Positions 48,851-62,156 of a stretch of DNA of 64,000 nucleotides are shown here, one piece after another. This DNA comes from Anthoceros angustus (taxonomy: Eukaryota; Plantae; Anthocerotophyta), in assembly GCA_010909165.1 (NCBI GenBank), contig VJWM01000106.1:310001-374000 (forward strand), read 5' to 3'. The notes beneath the pieces are model-generated. The model saw only the letters and a program-made list of their open reading frames with translations, did not search any database and was not told where the DNA came from. The translations under genes were made by a program, and so were the position numbers. The stretch's first letter is position 1, and every line of letters starts with the position of its first letter.

Positions 48851-51800
48851 CTATTGCATGTGCTTCCGGCGAGACGCCCCCCCCATGTCGGTCCTTGGCC
48901 GCTTCACAGGATTTGGAACTCCAACGTCCAACCTCAACCTTGACGAGTCCTGTGAGGCACCCCCTGCAGTGCCCAGGCGGGATGAGCCAACAACAAGAGA
49001 CTGCTGTGATGGAATGTTCTTCCCAGCCGCACTAATTGCACTCCTGGCTGCTTCCTTCCCCTCTTCAAAGCCCGGTTGTCGTCTGCTACTGGAACTACGT
49101 TGGTTCTTACTCCTACTAGAACTTGCTGGCATTACACTACCGCTACTCTCCCCCTTCCTTTTGTCAGTCTGAAACAAGCTTCTACTGTCCCCCTTGCGTA
49201 GCTGATTCCGCTTCTTCTTATGGACCACAAGATCAAGCGGATGCACTGGTTCCCTGCTCGTGGGCTCTTCTTGCTCATCTACTTTTTTTGAGCTTCTACT
49301 ATCAGGCCTTCCTGATCTTTTCTTCTCCTTGGAACTTGCAACCCTTGCAGGCTCAGGCTCCTCAGGCTTTCTATCTTCAATCTTTCTCTTCTTCTTGCCT
49401 GGCATATTCTGGGGTATTTCTGGAGGGTCATCATCGACATCAGAAGGAACAGCCTGCTGACGCACCTTTGGGGGTTTTTGTCCAGGGATCCATGCTCCTG
49501 ACACTGGGGGTAGTGCAGTCTCATTTGGGGCACCAGTTGGTTGTTGCCTTCTCCTGGTTAAAGCGGCAGCTGGAGGAGCTGCCATTTTTGTCTTCACAGA
49601 GGTGAAATCAACATCAGGAAACATAAGCTCCATGCGTTGAAAGAACACTATTTGCAGGCGACGGGCATCGCTTAGAACCTGTTTTGGACAACAGGATTGT
49701 CACCACAAGTGAACCAACAACTAAATACCAGTTTCCAGCATTCCGCAAAAGCAAGACCTCACCTCAGTTGCGTTAGCATGATACCGCACAGCATTGTCAA
49801 GCATAAGTTGCACATCTGCAGCGAAGTCAAGGACTCCACCATATCCAAAGTGATCGAGCCGCTCCTCAATAGTATGGACGTCCACAGGGCGAGAAATTAT
49901 AGTATAATAATCTGGACAGGCACTAAGCTTTGGAAGCTCTGTAAATAACTCAGCATTGACAGCACCTTGCAACTTTTTAAGGGCAGCTTTACACTGCAAA
50001 GGGAACAACAAACAAAATGAGCCACTCTCAATATGCATTTCAGCTCACTGTCAGCTTAGGCTCTCAGCGGTAGTACCAGCTGTTATTCATGTCCCAGGTG
50101 CTTGGAGAATCAGCCAAAAAAAGAAACACATAACCACACCTTTTTTTGTGTGCTCTCTGGCATCCGGCCCGTGACAGAACCCCAAGTTGGAATGCCACTT
50201 AGAGGTAGGATCCCCTTCATAGTTCTAGCTTCTCCTCCTTCGTATACATCTTCCACAGGCTCTTGAAACCCATTGGCCCAGTTCGTATGCTTGAACACCA
50301 TACGGGGTCGCTGACCTGGAAGTGTATCTGGTACCACGTCTTCCAGACCTGGAAACATGGAATGTCTACGCTTGGCAAACCCTCCCCACTGCTCAGTCCT
50401 CTCAAAGTACCCATCCTCATTGCCAACATACGCACCAAATCCTGGTCCCTGAAGAATTCCCTGACCACTATATGCTGGTCTAGGAGCAAACTGCACAGGA
50501 ACGGCAGAAAATACTTCGGCGGCCTTATTATTCTTTCCAGGATCTAAGAACGCCTTACTGCGGTTGCGTTTAGTGCGCTTGTTCTTTTTTCGAGGTTGGA
50601 TGACTTGTTCCTCTTCAACATCCTCTCCCACTTGCATCCAGCTCCCTGACCTATGAGTACCAGAATCACCAGATGCTGCAATTTCACCCTCCTCCAAATC
50701 CTCAGCCTGTCCACACAACAGACATCCATCAAGACTCTGAAAAGGCCTGGAAACCAGACACAACACAGCTGAAATGCAGACGCAATGATACGGGATCTGC
50801 AAAAATCAGCTCCATACCAGTTCCTGCCTCAATGGATTGCTTTCCACAGCCGCCACAGATTCAAACCCATCTCCTTGCCCAGGTAACTCGTTCATATTGA
50901 AACACTCCCATTGAGTTTCACCGTCCTCTGATGATGCATTGGCTGCTGGATCGTCCTGATCTTCCATTTCCTCGTCTAGCTCTTGTTCTAGAACTTCTTC
51001 AGATTCATCCACTACAACCACAGCTTCATCCCCTCCTTCTACTTGGCCTTCATCTTCAATCTCTCCCTCCTCATTACCCTCATCAGAAAGCTCCTCATCA
51101 TTTCCTCCTACAATTTCTCCTTCTTCCTCCTCATCAAAGACCACAACATCTTCTAGCTCTTCTTCAATCACTGCTTCCTCCTGATCTCTCTTTCGTTTAC
51201 CACGTGTCATAGCACTGACTGATTTTGTACCACTGCTTGGAAGACCCTTGTGATTAAGCAAACCCTTCCCTTTCACTTTGGCAGCTTTGGCAAGCAGCTT
51301 CTCTTCAGCTTCTCTTGTACCAACGGTACCAATGAACCCCTTCTTGAGGGCTTGCTTCGAAGTTGCAGCTACAGCCGCATTCACCTCTTGGGAGCCTACT
51401 CTAAGCCACTTCGGAACTTGCTGATACTTCAACAGCTCCCCTGGCCAATCATATTCTTCATCCATCTGGTCAAATAGCTCAACCTCATCATCACTGCGGG
51501 CTATCATGCGATTCAACTCTTGCAAGCTAGGAACATCATGCACAGATTCCTGGTATCTTTCCTCATCATGCAGGAGAGCTTCGAGTGTTAAGCGGCGTTC
51601 CTCTTGGGTGGTTCTTTGATCAAAGCGTCCAGCATTAATAACCTCATCTGCCATGTCAATTTTGTGTTGTTGAATGTTATTACGCACAAGACTCTCTACT
51701 GAACCCATATACCTGTCCTTGCCAGCCATGTCATCATCATCATCGACTGTCCCTCCACTCCTTAACTCATCCTCCTTTTCATAGCTGGGATTAGTCTCCA

Positions 51801-54800
51801 CCACCGCTTCAAGGTACAAGACCTTAACTTCCCGCTTCTGCCCAATCCGATGGGCACGAGCAACTGCTTGCTCTTCATTTTTGGGATTTGGATCAGGGTC
51901 ATATATCACAACAGTGTCGGCAGACTGCAGGTTCAGGCCTCTACCAGCAGCCCTAATGCTGAGCAAAAAGATAAAACAATCTGAACCAGGCCGATTGAAC
52001 TCCACAATTGCATCCTCCCGAGCATCTAAAGAGGTAGTACCATCAATCCTTCTGTATGCAAATCTCCGCCACTGCAAATACTCCTCCAAAATGTCCAAAA
52101 GTCTAGTCATCGTACTGAATAGAAGGACACGATGACCTGTCCTGTGAAGTTTAACTAAAACCCTGTCCAGAACCCATAGCTTTCCACAGGATCGGACAAT
52201 GCTTTCAGTAAGATGATAACCTCGTGGAGGATAATTTAAGTACGGATGATTGCACACCTTCCTCAGCTCCATGCATTTGTTTTGAAGAGGTGCATAAGCC
52301 CGTGCTGGTCGAGTGGAATTTCCTCCAGCAAGTCTCTGGGCCTCATCTTGAGGATCCAACCGGATTGTTCCAGTTGCTTTCACCCAATCGTATATAGCTG
52401 CTTGGAAAGCTGACATTTTGCACTTCAAAACTACAGAGACCTGTTGCAATCAGGTACACAGGGCAAAAGATTAGAAGGCAGTTGCACACCTATCGCTGTG
52501 TTCAAGACTGAAAAGAGGTCCCACAAGAATCATGAAATTACCCCACCTTTGGAGGCAATGAGCCCTCAACATCCTCCACTCGCCGTCTGAGCACAAAGGG
52601 CTCCAATATCTGGTGCAGCCTGTGTATGATAATTACTTTCTTCTCAGTCTCCAGCCAGTCATCCTCATCATTCTGATTGGATGCATCCTTTTGAAAAGGT
52701 TTTGAAAACCACTCATGGAACGCTCGACTACTGTCAAACACCTCAGGCAGTAGCAAGTTCAAGAGAGACCAAAGTTCATGGAGATCATTCTGAAGAGCAA
52801 ACACACGAAAATGAGAACCATCCCAATGCCAAAGAACCTTAGCCATAAGTAAGCATCCAAGCACTCAGAACAGATTTTCACCTGTAACGGAGTGCCTGTA
52901 AGAAGCAATCGTCTTTGGCATCGAAATCGGTCCAAATCGCGTGCAAGACGAGATTCCCTGTCTTTCATGCGCTGTGCTTCATCTATTATGATGTACTTCC
53001 AGTCAACCTTTGACAGTTTGGAGCGATCACGCATGATGAACTCATACGTAGTAACCAAGACATTGAACTTCATGGCATTGACCTCCTGCAATTGAAGTTT
53101 AATTTCGAAGTTAATCACAGCTTTGATGTTCGAAGTTTATGACAACTTGGATGTGAATCAACAAATCAAACTCAGGTCCAAAGTGCTGTAGGTCTGGAAT
53201 GCAAAAGGCGTTGGCCACTAGATGCGAAGACCAACCTGCTGGTATATTTTTGAGCGTTGGTCCTTTACACCCACATAAAAGATACATGAGACCGACGGCA
53301 GCCATCGCAGCAGTTCGCTCTGCACAACAGAAAAATTCAGACCATGAGGAAACTATCACTACTACTGTAGCACAGCCCCAGAAAGATTGGCAGGACGGGT
53401 ACAAGTACAACGTCAGCAGCATCACAGAGTAGCATAAGGCAAACGTTTACCTTCCAATTTACAATTACAGCATTAGGTACAATGATTAGATGAGGCCCAT
53501 AGTTCCCCTTGAACTCCATAAGATACGCAATGAGGGCCATTACCTGTGTCAGGACACCACAGGAACGATGACCACCAGGATATGATGTCTATTCAGGTTC
53601 ACACTGAAATATATCCATGTAATCCACATCAACAGCTACTTGACTAATGCAAATGACCAAAGATTTGTCTAAGGCATGATATAACATGACCATTGATGGC
53701 GGATCATAAGAAGCACTCAGAACTTGAGTGACTTCTCACCTGCACAGTCTTTCCTAGGCCCATCTCATCGGCAAGGATGCCATTCAGTCGGTTATTGTAC
53801 AATGAAAGCATCCACTGTAACCCCACCTGAGATCACCACCACAGAAATGAGCAAGAACAATGCTGGGCTAAACTTCAGAGCAAGCTTGGGCCAGAACATC
53901 GGAAAATTGTTGGGACGACTCACAAGCTGATAATCACGTAAAGTGCCAGCCCGTAACATGGAAGGTTGCCTGGCGATTTGCTCACTAACAGCATGAGCCA
54001 GAGAATAGTACCTGGTGGCAGGTAAGAGTCAACAAATAAGCTAACAGCCAAAGTGACTGGTGCAGAAGCATGTCAAAGCTTTTGAAACAATGTCCCCGAC
54101 AAAGCTCATGGCATCTCTAAAGAGCTTACTTGTTTACAGAAGTTTGCCTAGATGTGTCTCCTTCAGAATCCCATCCTTTGGATGCAACCTGCTCCCCTGC
54201 TCGGGCTGAAGCCTCCTGGACTTCTTCCTCTGAGAGGCCCTGCTCACATGACCAGCCATTGTAGACTACAAATCAGCAACAGGTCCAGAGTGAGAGATGA
54301 CAAAACTGCCAACTGAAAGATCTACCTGAGCCCTGGCAGATGCAGCAGCTGCAAGTTTTGCTTCTTCCATCTCCTGAAGATTTTTCACAGCAGAAATCTT
54401 TCCACCCAGTTTATGGAGGTAGTCCTCTGTCTGTGACAAAAATGATGATAAAACCTCGAAGCGCTCGCCTGCATCACCCGGCATTTGTGTTTGTTGTTGA
54501 AATAACATTTGCCGATATGCATCGACGTCATTGTTCTTCAGAGCCTCCATTCTCTTCGTTCGGTCCTCATCCTTTTTCTTAGAGAACTCCCTCAGCATCC
54601 TCTCATGATACTTAGCAACCCCCCTGTTACGAGTGGTTCTTGCATCCCGAGTAGCCCACTGAGACTCCAGCAGCTTCTTTCTCCACTGAAGCAAAGACTT
54701 GAGCTGCTTATCTTTTGCAGCCCTCTGCTGGGCTATGACATGCCTCAGCAAATCTGCACGCTGACGTTCACAAAGCCTGACAAACTTCCTGTATGCCCTT

Positions 54801-57800
54801 TCCCCCATAGCCATGATCTCCTGCTGCTGGTCTTCCACCTCATCCCTTATTTTTGCTTGAAGATCCATTAAGCGAAGCTTTCGCTGTTCAATACGCAGCC
54901 TCACAACAAGATCGGACGATATTTGCCTGCTGTCAGGAGAATTCAACAGTGCATCTATCTCAAACAGCTTCTCCACTCTCTTCTTTTCAACAACTCTCAA
55001 GCCCTCCTCCAGTAACATTTCCCTCACACTGTATCCTAATCGAATAGGACCACCCCAGAGGCCCGTTTGTGGAGCTCCATCCAGCTTCCTTCCAACAAAA
55101 GGGTAGTCAAATAGAGGACCCTGATAACGGCTGCGCCCTTCTGGTAAAACCTTTGGCACAGCAGGAGCTGTGAGAGGAGCAGGGGCAAGGCTAAGGACAT
55201 CCGAAGAGCTCCTGATACCACCAACCTCACCCTTCACATCTGGTGCAGGTACCTGAACCTTACTGGCTTCAAATCTCTGATGACCTCCCACATTCGGTGC
55301 TGCAGGCTGATCAGACCTCATCAACAAGGCCTGTGAGGTTGGCGGTTCAGACTTCACGATTTTGCTCATCGCTACTGGAAGCACTCCAACATCCTGGCTC
55401 TTTGTAATGGCTGGGCCAGCTGCGTACTCCTGAATCTCGGTATGAGACACAGGAAACGACTGTTTTTGTTTTTCAATGTCCGGCAGACCTTGCTTTTGTT
55501 CTCCCCCATCCCTCACGATCTCGACTGGCTTGTTGGTTGCTGTAGAAAACTGGGGCTTGGCTACCACTGCTGACTTTTTTGCATCTTCAACTTTTGATAG
55601 CGCAGGGTGGACCTCATTTTGAGCCAACCCAGCAGCAGGAGACGCAGCTGTGCGATCATGTGACTGCCCTGAATTAGCAGCTGAGGGTACTCTAGCCAGT
55701 GCTGGTGCCCGGGTATCACCTGAAAGTGATCTGTCATTTGTTGGTCCTGTCAGAGGGGCTGGAGTGATGGACCGAAGAAGTTCTGCTTGGAGCGATTTAT
55801 CACCTCGCTGCCAAAGGACAGAAGCATGTCAGATAACAAACGGGAAAAGATAGAAGTGAAGTAGGAGAAAGGAATGAGCGAGTTAGCCCAAGCAGACGTT
55901 GATAGCATACTTTAATCCTCCGGAATGCCAAAATTTGAGAGCGCAACACTTGCAGCTGTTGTCTGGTGAAGCCGTATCCATGTTGTTGCTCCGGAACTGG
56001 CTGCTCATCTTGTTGTTGCTGCTGCTGCTGCTTGAGTACTTGTGTCTGGACCGGCAGCTGCTGGCTATTTGATGACGCTGGAGGTGATTGTGATATGGGT
56101 TGCTGCTCCTGATGCTTTGGCAACTGCTGCTGCTGCTGCTGCTGCTGCTTGGCCTGCTCTGGCTGCTTCGACCGCTGGGAGAATTGCTGGGGCTGCTGCG
56201 GGAACTGCTGAGGCTGCTGCTGGAACTGTTGAGAATGCTGCTGGAACTGCTGAGGCTGTTGCTGAAACTGCTGGGCCTGCTGCTGATACAGCTGAGACTG
56301 TTGCTGAAACTGCAGAGCATGCTGCTGATGCTGCGGCGCCAGATACTGATGCTGTGGTAGTTGTGGTAGCGTGGGCTGCTGCTGTTGCGCTTGCTTCTGG
56401 GCCTGCAGTTGGGCCTGACGCTGAGCCTGTAACTGTAAGTGTTGCGCTTGCTGCTGCTGGGCCTGCAGCTGTTGCGCTTGCTGCTGCTGGGCCTGCAGCT
56501 GTTGCGCTTGCTGCTGCTGGGCCTGCAGCTGTTGCGCTTGCTGCTGTTGGGCCTGCAGCTGTTGCGCTTGCTGCTGTTGGGCCTGCAACTGTTGGGCTTG
56601 CTGCTGCTGGGCCTGCAGCTGTTGCGCTTGCTGCTGCTGGGCCTGCAGCTGTTGCGCTTGCTGCTGCTGGGCCTGCAGCTGTTGCGCTTGCTGCTGCTGG
56701 GCCTGCAGCTGTTGCGCTTGCTGCTGCTGGGCCTGCAGCTGTTGCGATTGCTGCTGCTGGGCCTGAAGCTGTTGCGCTTGCTGCTGCGGGACCTGCTGAT
56801 GAGCCTGCTGTTGAGCCTGCTGCTGGGCCTGCTGATGAGCCTGCTGCTGGAACTGGCGCTGTTGCGGTGTCTGCAGCTGCTGCGACTGCTGGTTAAGCAA
56901 CTGTTGCTGCGGTGGCGGAAATTGATGCGGTGCCGGCGCGGGCTGCTGCTGAAACGGGTGCTGCACCTGCGCAGACTGCTGCTGCAGCAGATGCTGCTGC
57001 GGAAATTGGGGCTGCTGCTGCTGGTGCCGCTGCAAATACTGCTGTTGCTGCTCCTGCAGATACTGCTGCTGCTGCTGCTCCTGCTGGAGATACAGCTGCT
57101 GCTGCGCCTTTTGCTGCTGCTGCTGCATCTTCAACGCCTGATGCTGATGCTGCTGCTGAGCCTGCTGTTGCTGCTTCCACCGCTGCTGCAGCTGATCGGG
57201 TACCGGAATATTGACATTGCTATCAGAGCCCGATAAGTGCACACCTGGTCTCGACAGCTGCTGATGCTGCTGCGGAAACTGCGGCTGCAGAGAACCCGAC
57301 GCCACCTTCTGCTGGGCGCTGAGAAGGGAGCGCTGCAGGTAGGACAGCTGGGCATCTAGATGGCCCAGGCTGGATCCCGCATTGGGGTGCTGCTTAAACT
57401 GCGCCTCACTCCCCTGAACAGACGAGAGCTGCTGCTGCGCTGCATCCAGCCCAGATCTTGGAGGAAACGACGACGAACCCAAACCCCCATCCCCGCTCCC
57501 ACTCCCCGCAGAAGACGCTGCCTGAGACTTGTGCTGAATAAGAGCTACCAATTTGTTGAAATCAGCCTTCCGGCCGCTGTCCCAGAGCCCTTGGAGAACC
57601 TACACACAGACGCCGCACCAAAACACAAGATGAGCTCGAGCCACACAGAGCAGGCCAACGAGGGCACGGCAAGACCCGACAGAACCCTAAGAGCAAGCAT
57701 GGGATCGGCCGGGCGAGGGTAATGCGGAGACAGCAGCCCCAGGCATAGGCATGGGCCTGGCCTGCTCCTGCTGCTTCCACCACCAACAGGCGGCCATGTC

Positions 57801-57990
57801 CATCCATCCCAGATCCCGATTTCCCCCGCGCACTACCAGATCCAACCCACCATCCACATCACACCCTCCCCTCCCCTCACGTCCCCGACCCGACCCGACC
57901 GGACCGGACCGGACCTTCAGAACCTGCTGGTGGTCTCACCTGCTGGAACTGCGCGAAGGAGGCGGCAGCTGCGCCATCTGCTCCCCGCAT
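48851..57990 (-). CDS. BRM: SWI2/SNF2 chromatin-remodelling ATPase BRAHMA, spliced (start codon tentative)
   Basis: Q-rich N-terminus, QLQ ([20 protein letters not shown]), HSA-like [43 protein letters not shown], helicase-C ([15 protein letters not shown]), [14 protein letters not shown] and a bromodomain-like segment. First exon [17 protein letters not shown] chosen by phase match. Confidence 0.93.
56441..56790 (-). repeat. Coding 30-bp minisatellite, ([10 protein letters not shown]) x about 11, inside BRM
   Basis: gttgcgcttgctgctgctgggcctgcagct repeated almost perfectly. Confidence 0.95.
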
Positions 57991-59470
57991 CACCCACACC
58001 CCGGCGGCCCCAGAACTGGACGCTCCTGCTGCCACAGGAGCACCAGGAGCAGAGACGGCGGCGGCGGCGGCAGCAGCAGCCGCCGCGGAGGCGGGCCCAG
58101 CTGCGGAGACGCTGGGAGCCCCTCACTCTGGTGGCTCCGGGAGGGAGAGGCGGAGCCGCCGTAGGGTTGGCGATGGAGGGAGGAGGCGAGGCGGAAGGCG
58201 AGGGCGTGGAGACGGAAGGCGAGGAGAGGGCACGGGCACAGGCGTGGAGGAGGGGGCCCGGCTCCTGGCCGGCACCTCCTGCTGGCCCTGCCCCTGCTGC
58301 TGCATGCACCCCGCCCGCCTTCTGCTGCCTGCCTGCCTCTGCCCCTCCTGCCACCACTTGCGCAACGGGGCTGGCAGCGGCTCCCTCCGTCCGGGATCGG
58401 CGATCGGGGGACCCGGGGCCCGGATATCTTCCTCCCCCTCTTCCTCCTCTGCGCAACCCGTTACCCACTAGCCTAGCCTAATCTCTCTCGTGCGTGGCCC
58501 TCCCGGGCCCTGGGCTGCATTGCAGCAGGCAGGGACCTGGGGCCTAGGCCTGCATCATCGGCCTCTGCGCCGGAGCCCGGGCCTGGTCCTGGGTCCTCCG
58601 GGCTCACAGGCAGCCAGCCCGGCAGCCAGTCAGTGGAGGCCTAGTCTACATAGTCCAGTCCAGTGCCCAGTATCCAGTATCCAGTCAGTCCCAAGCGAGG
58701 GCAGGGCAGCGCAGCACGCATGCACGCCTGGCCTGGCCTGCCCCAGTGCCCTGGCTTTCCTTCTCTCTCTCTCCTTCCAACTTCTCTTCTCTTCCCTTTG
58801 CAGCCGCTGCTGGCTGCTGGCTGCTGGGCCTTGCTGGTCTGTTTGTCCGCTTGCTTGGCTTGGCAGGACAAAGGACCAGGGTCCAGGACGAGGCAGGCGG
58901 CGAGCACCCGGGGCCGGGGGGGCCAGCAAATGGGCCGGGCCACCCACTCTTTCGCACTCCCACACTCCTGCAGCTTATGCAGCCATGAAATGGATCTGGG
59001 GCCGGGACCGGCAACGGACCGGGACCAGGAGATGGGATCCAGATGTTGCGCGCCAACGGAAAGGAAGGAAAGGATAGGAAAGGAAAGGAAAGGAAAGGAA
59101 AGAGGAAAATTCTCACTTCTTTCTTCTACTGCACTGCACACTGAACTTGCCGCTGCTGCATACATACTCATCACTCGCCCAAACCCTAGCCGCAACCTGC
59201 CTACGTGGCGTCGCAACGTCCGTCTATCTACAAACATCTCCTCTCCCACCCGAGTGGGGCCAAACAAACAGTGAACATCACGCCACTCTCTCCTAACCCT
59301 ACCTTGGGTTGCTCGTCGTCGCAGACTTGCTGTCCGCCGCACTGGTACGGCGCCTTCCCTTTTCAAACATTAACTGCGCCTTTTCGATGTTCCCGATGTA
59401 CCTCACCGCAATCGGGATTGCTAGGCGTGTGGCAAAGGGAAACATACATATGTGTAGGTAGCTAAATATC

Positions 59471-60270
59471 AAAGAAGAAGAGGAAGAAGAAGAAGAGCAA
59501 TTTTATTCAAGTCCACTAAGGACGGATTTTCGTCATGGGATTGCATTGACAGAGTTACATAGAGGGCATAATGAGAATTAATTGTTATTCTCAGTTTGGC
59601 CTTAAAACTAATGTTGTGAAGCATAATCAAATATCTGACAGATTGAAAAGTTGAATATGTTGCTTTCTCAATCTCCCACGTTTATTTCAAGCAAACTCCA
59701 GTAATGGGGTTAGGAGAAGAGAAAAAAACCCCGAGTAGAGATCGAGCTGTCGTAAATAGATTGATAAAAGTATGCCTAATATCTTTATAAATGGGACATA
59801 GGAACACAAAGTGTTCTTCAGTCTCAACACCCCTATTGCATAACTTGCAAATTCTGGACTCCTTTGGTAGCTTTGGACGTAGGCATCAGTGAGTGGGACC
59901 CAATACGAACGTGACCCGTAATCCTCGTAAGCTTGAAAGACACATGGGTGCGAAGATAAAGAGGACGCACTGGTTTCCAGAGTTGGAAAGGATGCGAAGA
60001 AGTTGTTTATAGGTATCGAGCTTAGTGGGTAAGGGAGAGACAGGAGACCAGGTATAGGACAAATAGGTAGTTTGCAACTCAAGGCGGATGGACTTATTCG
60101 GGGGAGGGGGCAGAAACTGGCAGAGGGGGTGGGTTGGAAGACTCTCGGGACAAAATCCAAATTTCTGGAGCCAGGAGGAAGACTGGGCATACCAGCTGGT
60201 CTTGTTACCTGAGGAGGCTAACTTCCGGGAGGACTGAATGTAATCGACACTCCAGCAATGGCTAGCGGAG
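59471..60270 (-). mobile_element. 5'-truncated LINE 3' end (RTEX/CR1-group-like C-terminus) with (TTC)n tail
   Basis: Minus-strand peptides KTSWYAQSSSWLQKFG, KLDTYKQL, RIGSHSL and RICKLCNRGVETEEHFVFLCPIYKDIR (CCHC motif). The 3' UTR ends ...tcccatgacgaaaatccgtccttagtggacttgaataaaa followed by TTC repeats. Confidence 0.82.
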
Positions 60271-62156
60271 AGTTAGTTAGTTCGTCTCTATATATGTAGG
60301 AGACTTCATTACATGAATAGCATATATATATTTAGGTATTGTTTAGGTCTTGAGAAATATGCAGGGTTACTTGTAAGCTAGGGCACCATTAAATGCAGTG
60401 CCACCCAAAACCAGCGAACGAGCATGCAAGTCGGATCGAGTTTGAAACTTGATGGCCGTGAGCGCAAAAACCAATCATAAGTGCGTGGAGGGCTGAGCAA
60501 GTTGGTAGTGGGCGGCAACAATGATATTGAGCATCGTGGAGCTAGAAATGCCCAAGAACTGCTGGCGTGTGCACCTTTGGAGTGCTGAGGATTTAGGTTG
60601 GTGTGGCTAACAATTTCAGCAGTTTTCAGCAAATCCCTTAGGACGTGAGAGCACTCCAGCTCGTGTGTGCAGCATATGCTAATGCTACCTTGTTCCCCTT
60701 TGTGAAATTGCAAACATGGAAGCACCCATGAAGGTCTATTTTGCAGCTGTGTGAGAATCTGACCATTTGTGCATTTCTGTGTATGTTGGGGATATGGCAT
60801 GGGTCTAGGGAGGGACTTGCCGAGTTTGTTACAGCTAGAAGGAGCACGGGCACAAGAGGCTGCAGACTAAACCCTAAGTTTGCTAGAAACCCTCGTGAGT
60901 GTGGCGAACTTTGCAGTTTGCTGCCAACGCTGCTACCTGAATGTTTTGCTTGTGTTTTGTGTGTTTCTCACTCAGCTCATGGCAGGCTAAAGAATAGGGA
61001 TTGCTAGGGCTATGCATGAAGGGGGCAAACTTTGCTGTTTGCCACTAATTTTGGCTGTGTGTACAGCAATGTTCCTTGCAGTCCATGTATTTGCTATTAA
61101 TTTTGTGTGTGTTTGATGGATTTCATTTGCTGAAAACTATTATATATCTTTGAGTGCTAGATGCAGTTGAGATCTTGTGTGGTAGTGACATTTCCCAATT
61201 CGGGACTGCCCCTGCTTATTAACATTTCATGTCTTGCTTGAATCGTGCTGACTTTACTGACCTGTGGTGTGATGTGCTTGACATGATGAGCACCTGGGCT
61301 ACGAGAGCATGTGAGCTGGTGGTGGTCGGTCCCCTTATTTTCTAAGAAGCAGGGCCGGGAGCCAGCAGAGCCCCCACCCTGGAGGTTACACTCGACGAGG
61401 ACGGGCTAAGGAACGTGGAGCAGTTGCATTCCCAGCACCTGACACTTCTGCAAGTGCTGGTTGGGAGTCTCTCCAGGAGGAAACTAAAGGATCCTTCTCC
61501 GGAGAAGCGGTCGAGGCCCTCCCAACAGCAGACTCCAGCGAAGACTCTGATTTTGATCCTGCCAGCTCTAGCTGCGGTTGGGTCTTCGGACCATCTTTGG
61601 TGCCTCCTGCTGCTAGTCCCGTGAGCTTGGGCTGTGATGGGACATCAGGGCAGGACTGGACGCCCCCTACATTCAACCACAGCACCTCAGGTGGGGCTGG
61701 AATTTCAGGTGAGGCCTGAGTGCGTACCATCCTTGGTTAGCCAATCCCTAGCATTATGGTTGCAACACCCATAACACCATAATATTCATACCGGCTTAAT
61801 AATGTAAGCCGGTTATGAAAAAATTGCCGCCGCTTGGTACTTTTCATACAATTACTAATTCAGGATAAACACGGCTCTTCGAAAGCACCTGCGCCTGTGC
61901 TAAGCAATCATTCAGATTGGGACTTCAATTTTGTCTCCAAGTTGTTTGAAATGAGGGTGCTAAGGTGCAGGGATGCTGCCTGCCAAGCGGCAATGCTCAG
62001 TTATAAGTAGAGTACGTCCGTTCCGATATATTCAAAATAGGCCTCATGGCCAGACACATAACAACTTAGTACTGGAAGATCCGGCATGACAGCAACTCCA
62101 AAGACAGCGCCCCCTACGACATACAGTGCACAGTAACACGAAAATGTTTTAGCCAG

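Noticed and set aside
56042-57236. Long Ala-rich and Leu-rich ORFs on the plus strand
   Set aside because: Antisense frames of the BRM polyQ repeat.
57930-59366. Multiple long overlapping ORFs
   Set aside because: Low-complexity GC-rich leader and promoter of BRM; no protein-family signal.
61745-61790. Helitron 3' terminus (hairpin plus CTAG on the minus strand)
   Set aside because: The hairpin-to-CTAG spacing is too short and the next base is not T; kept only as a generic boundary hypothesis.
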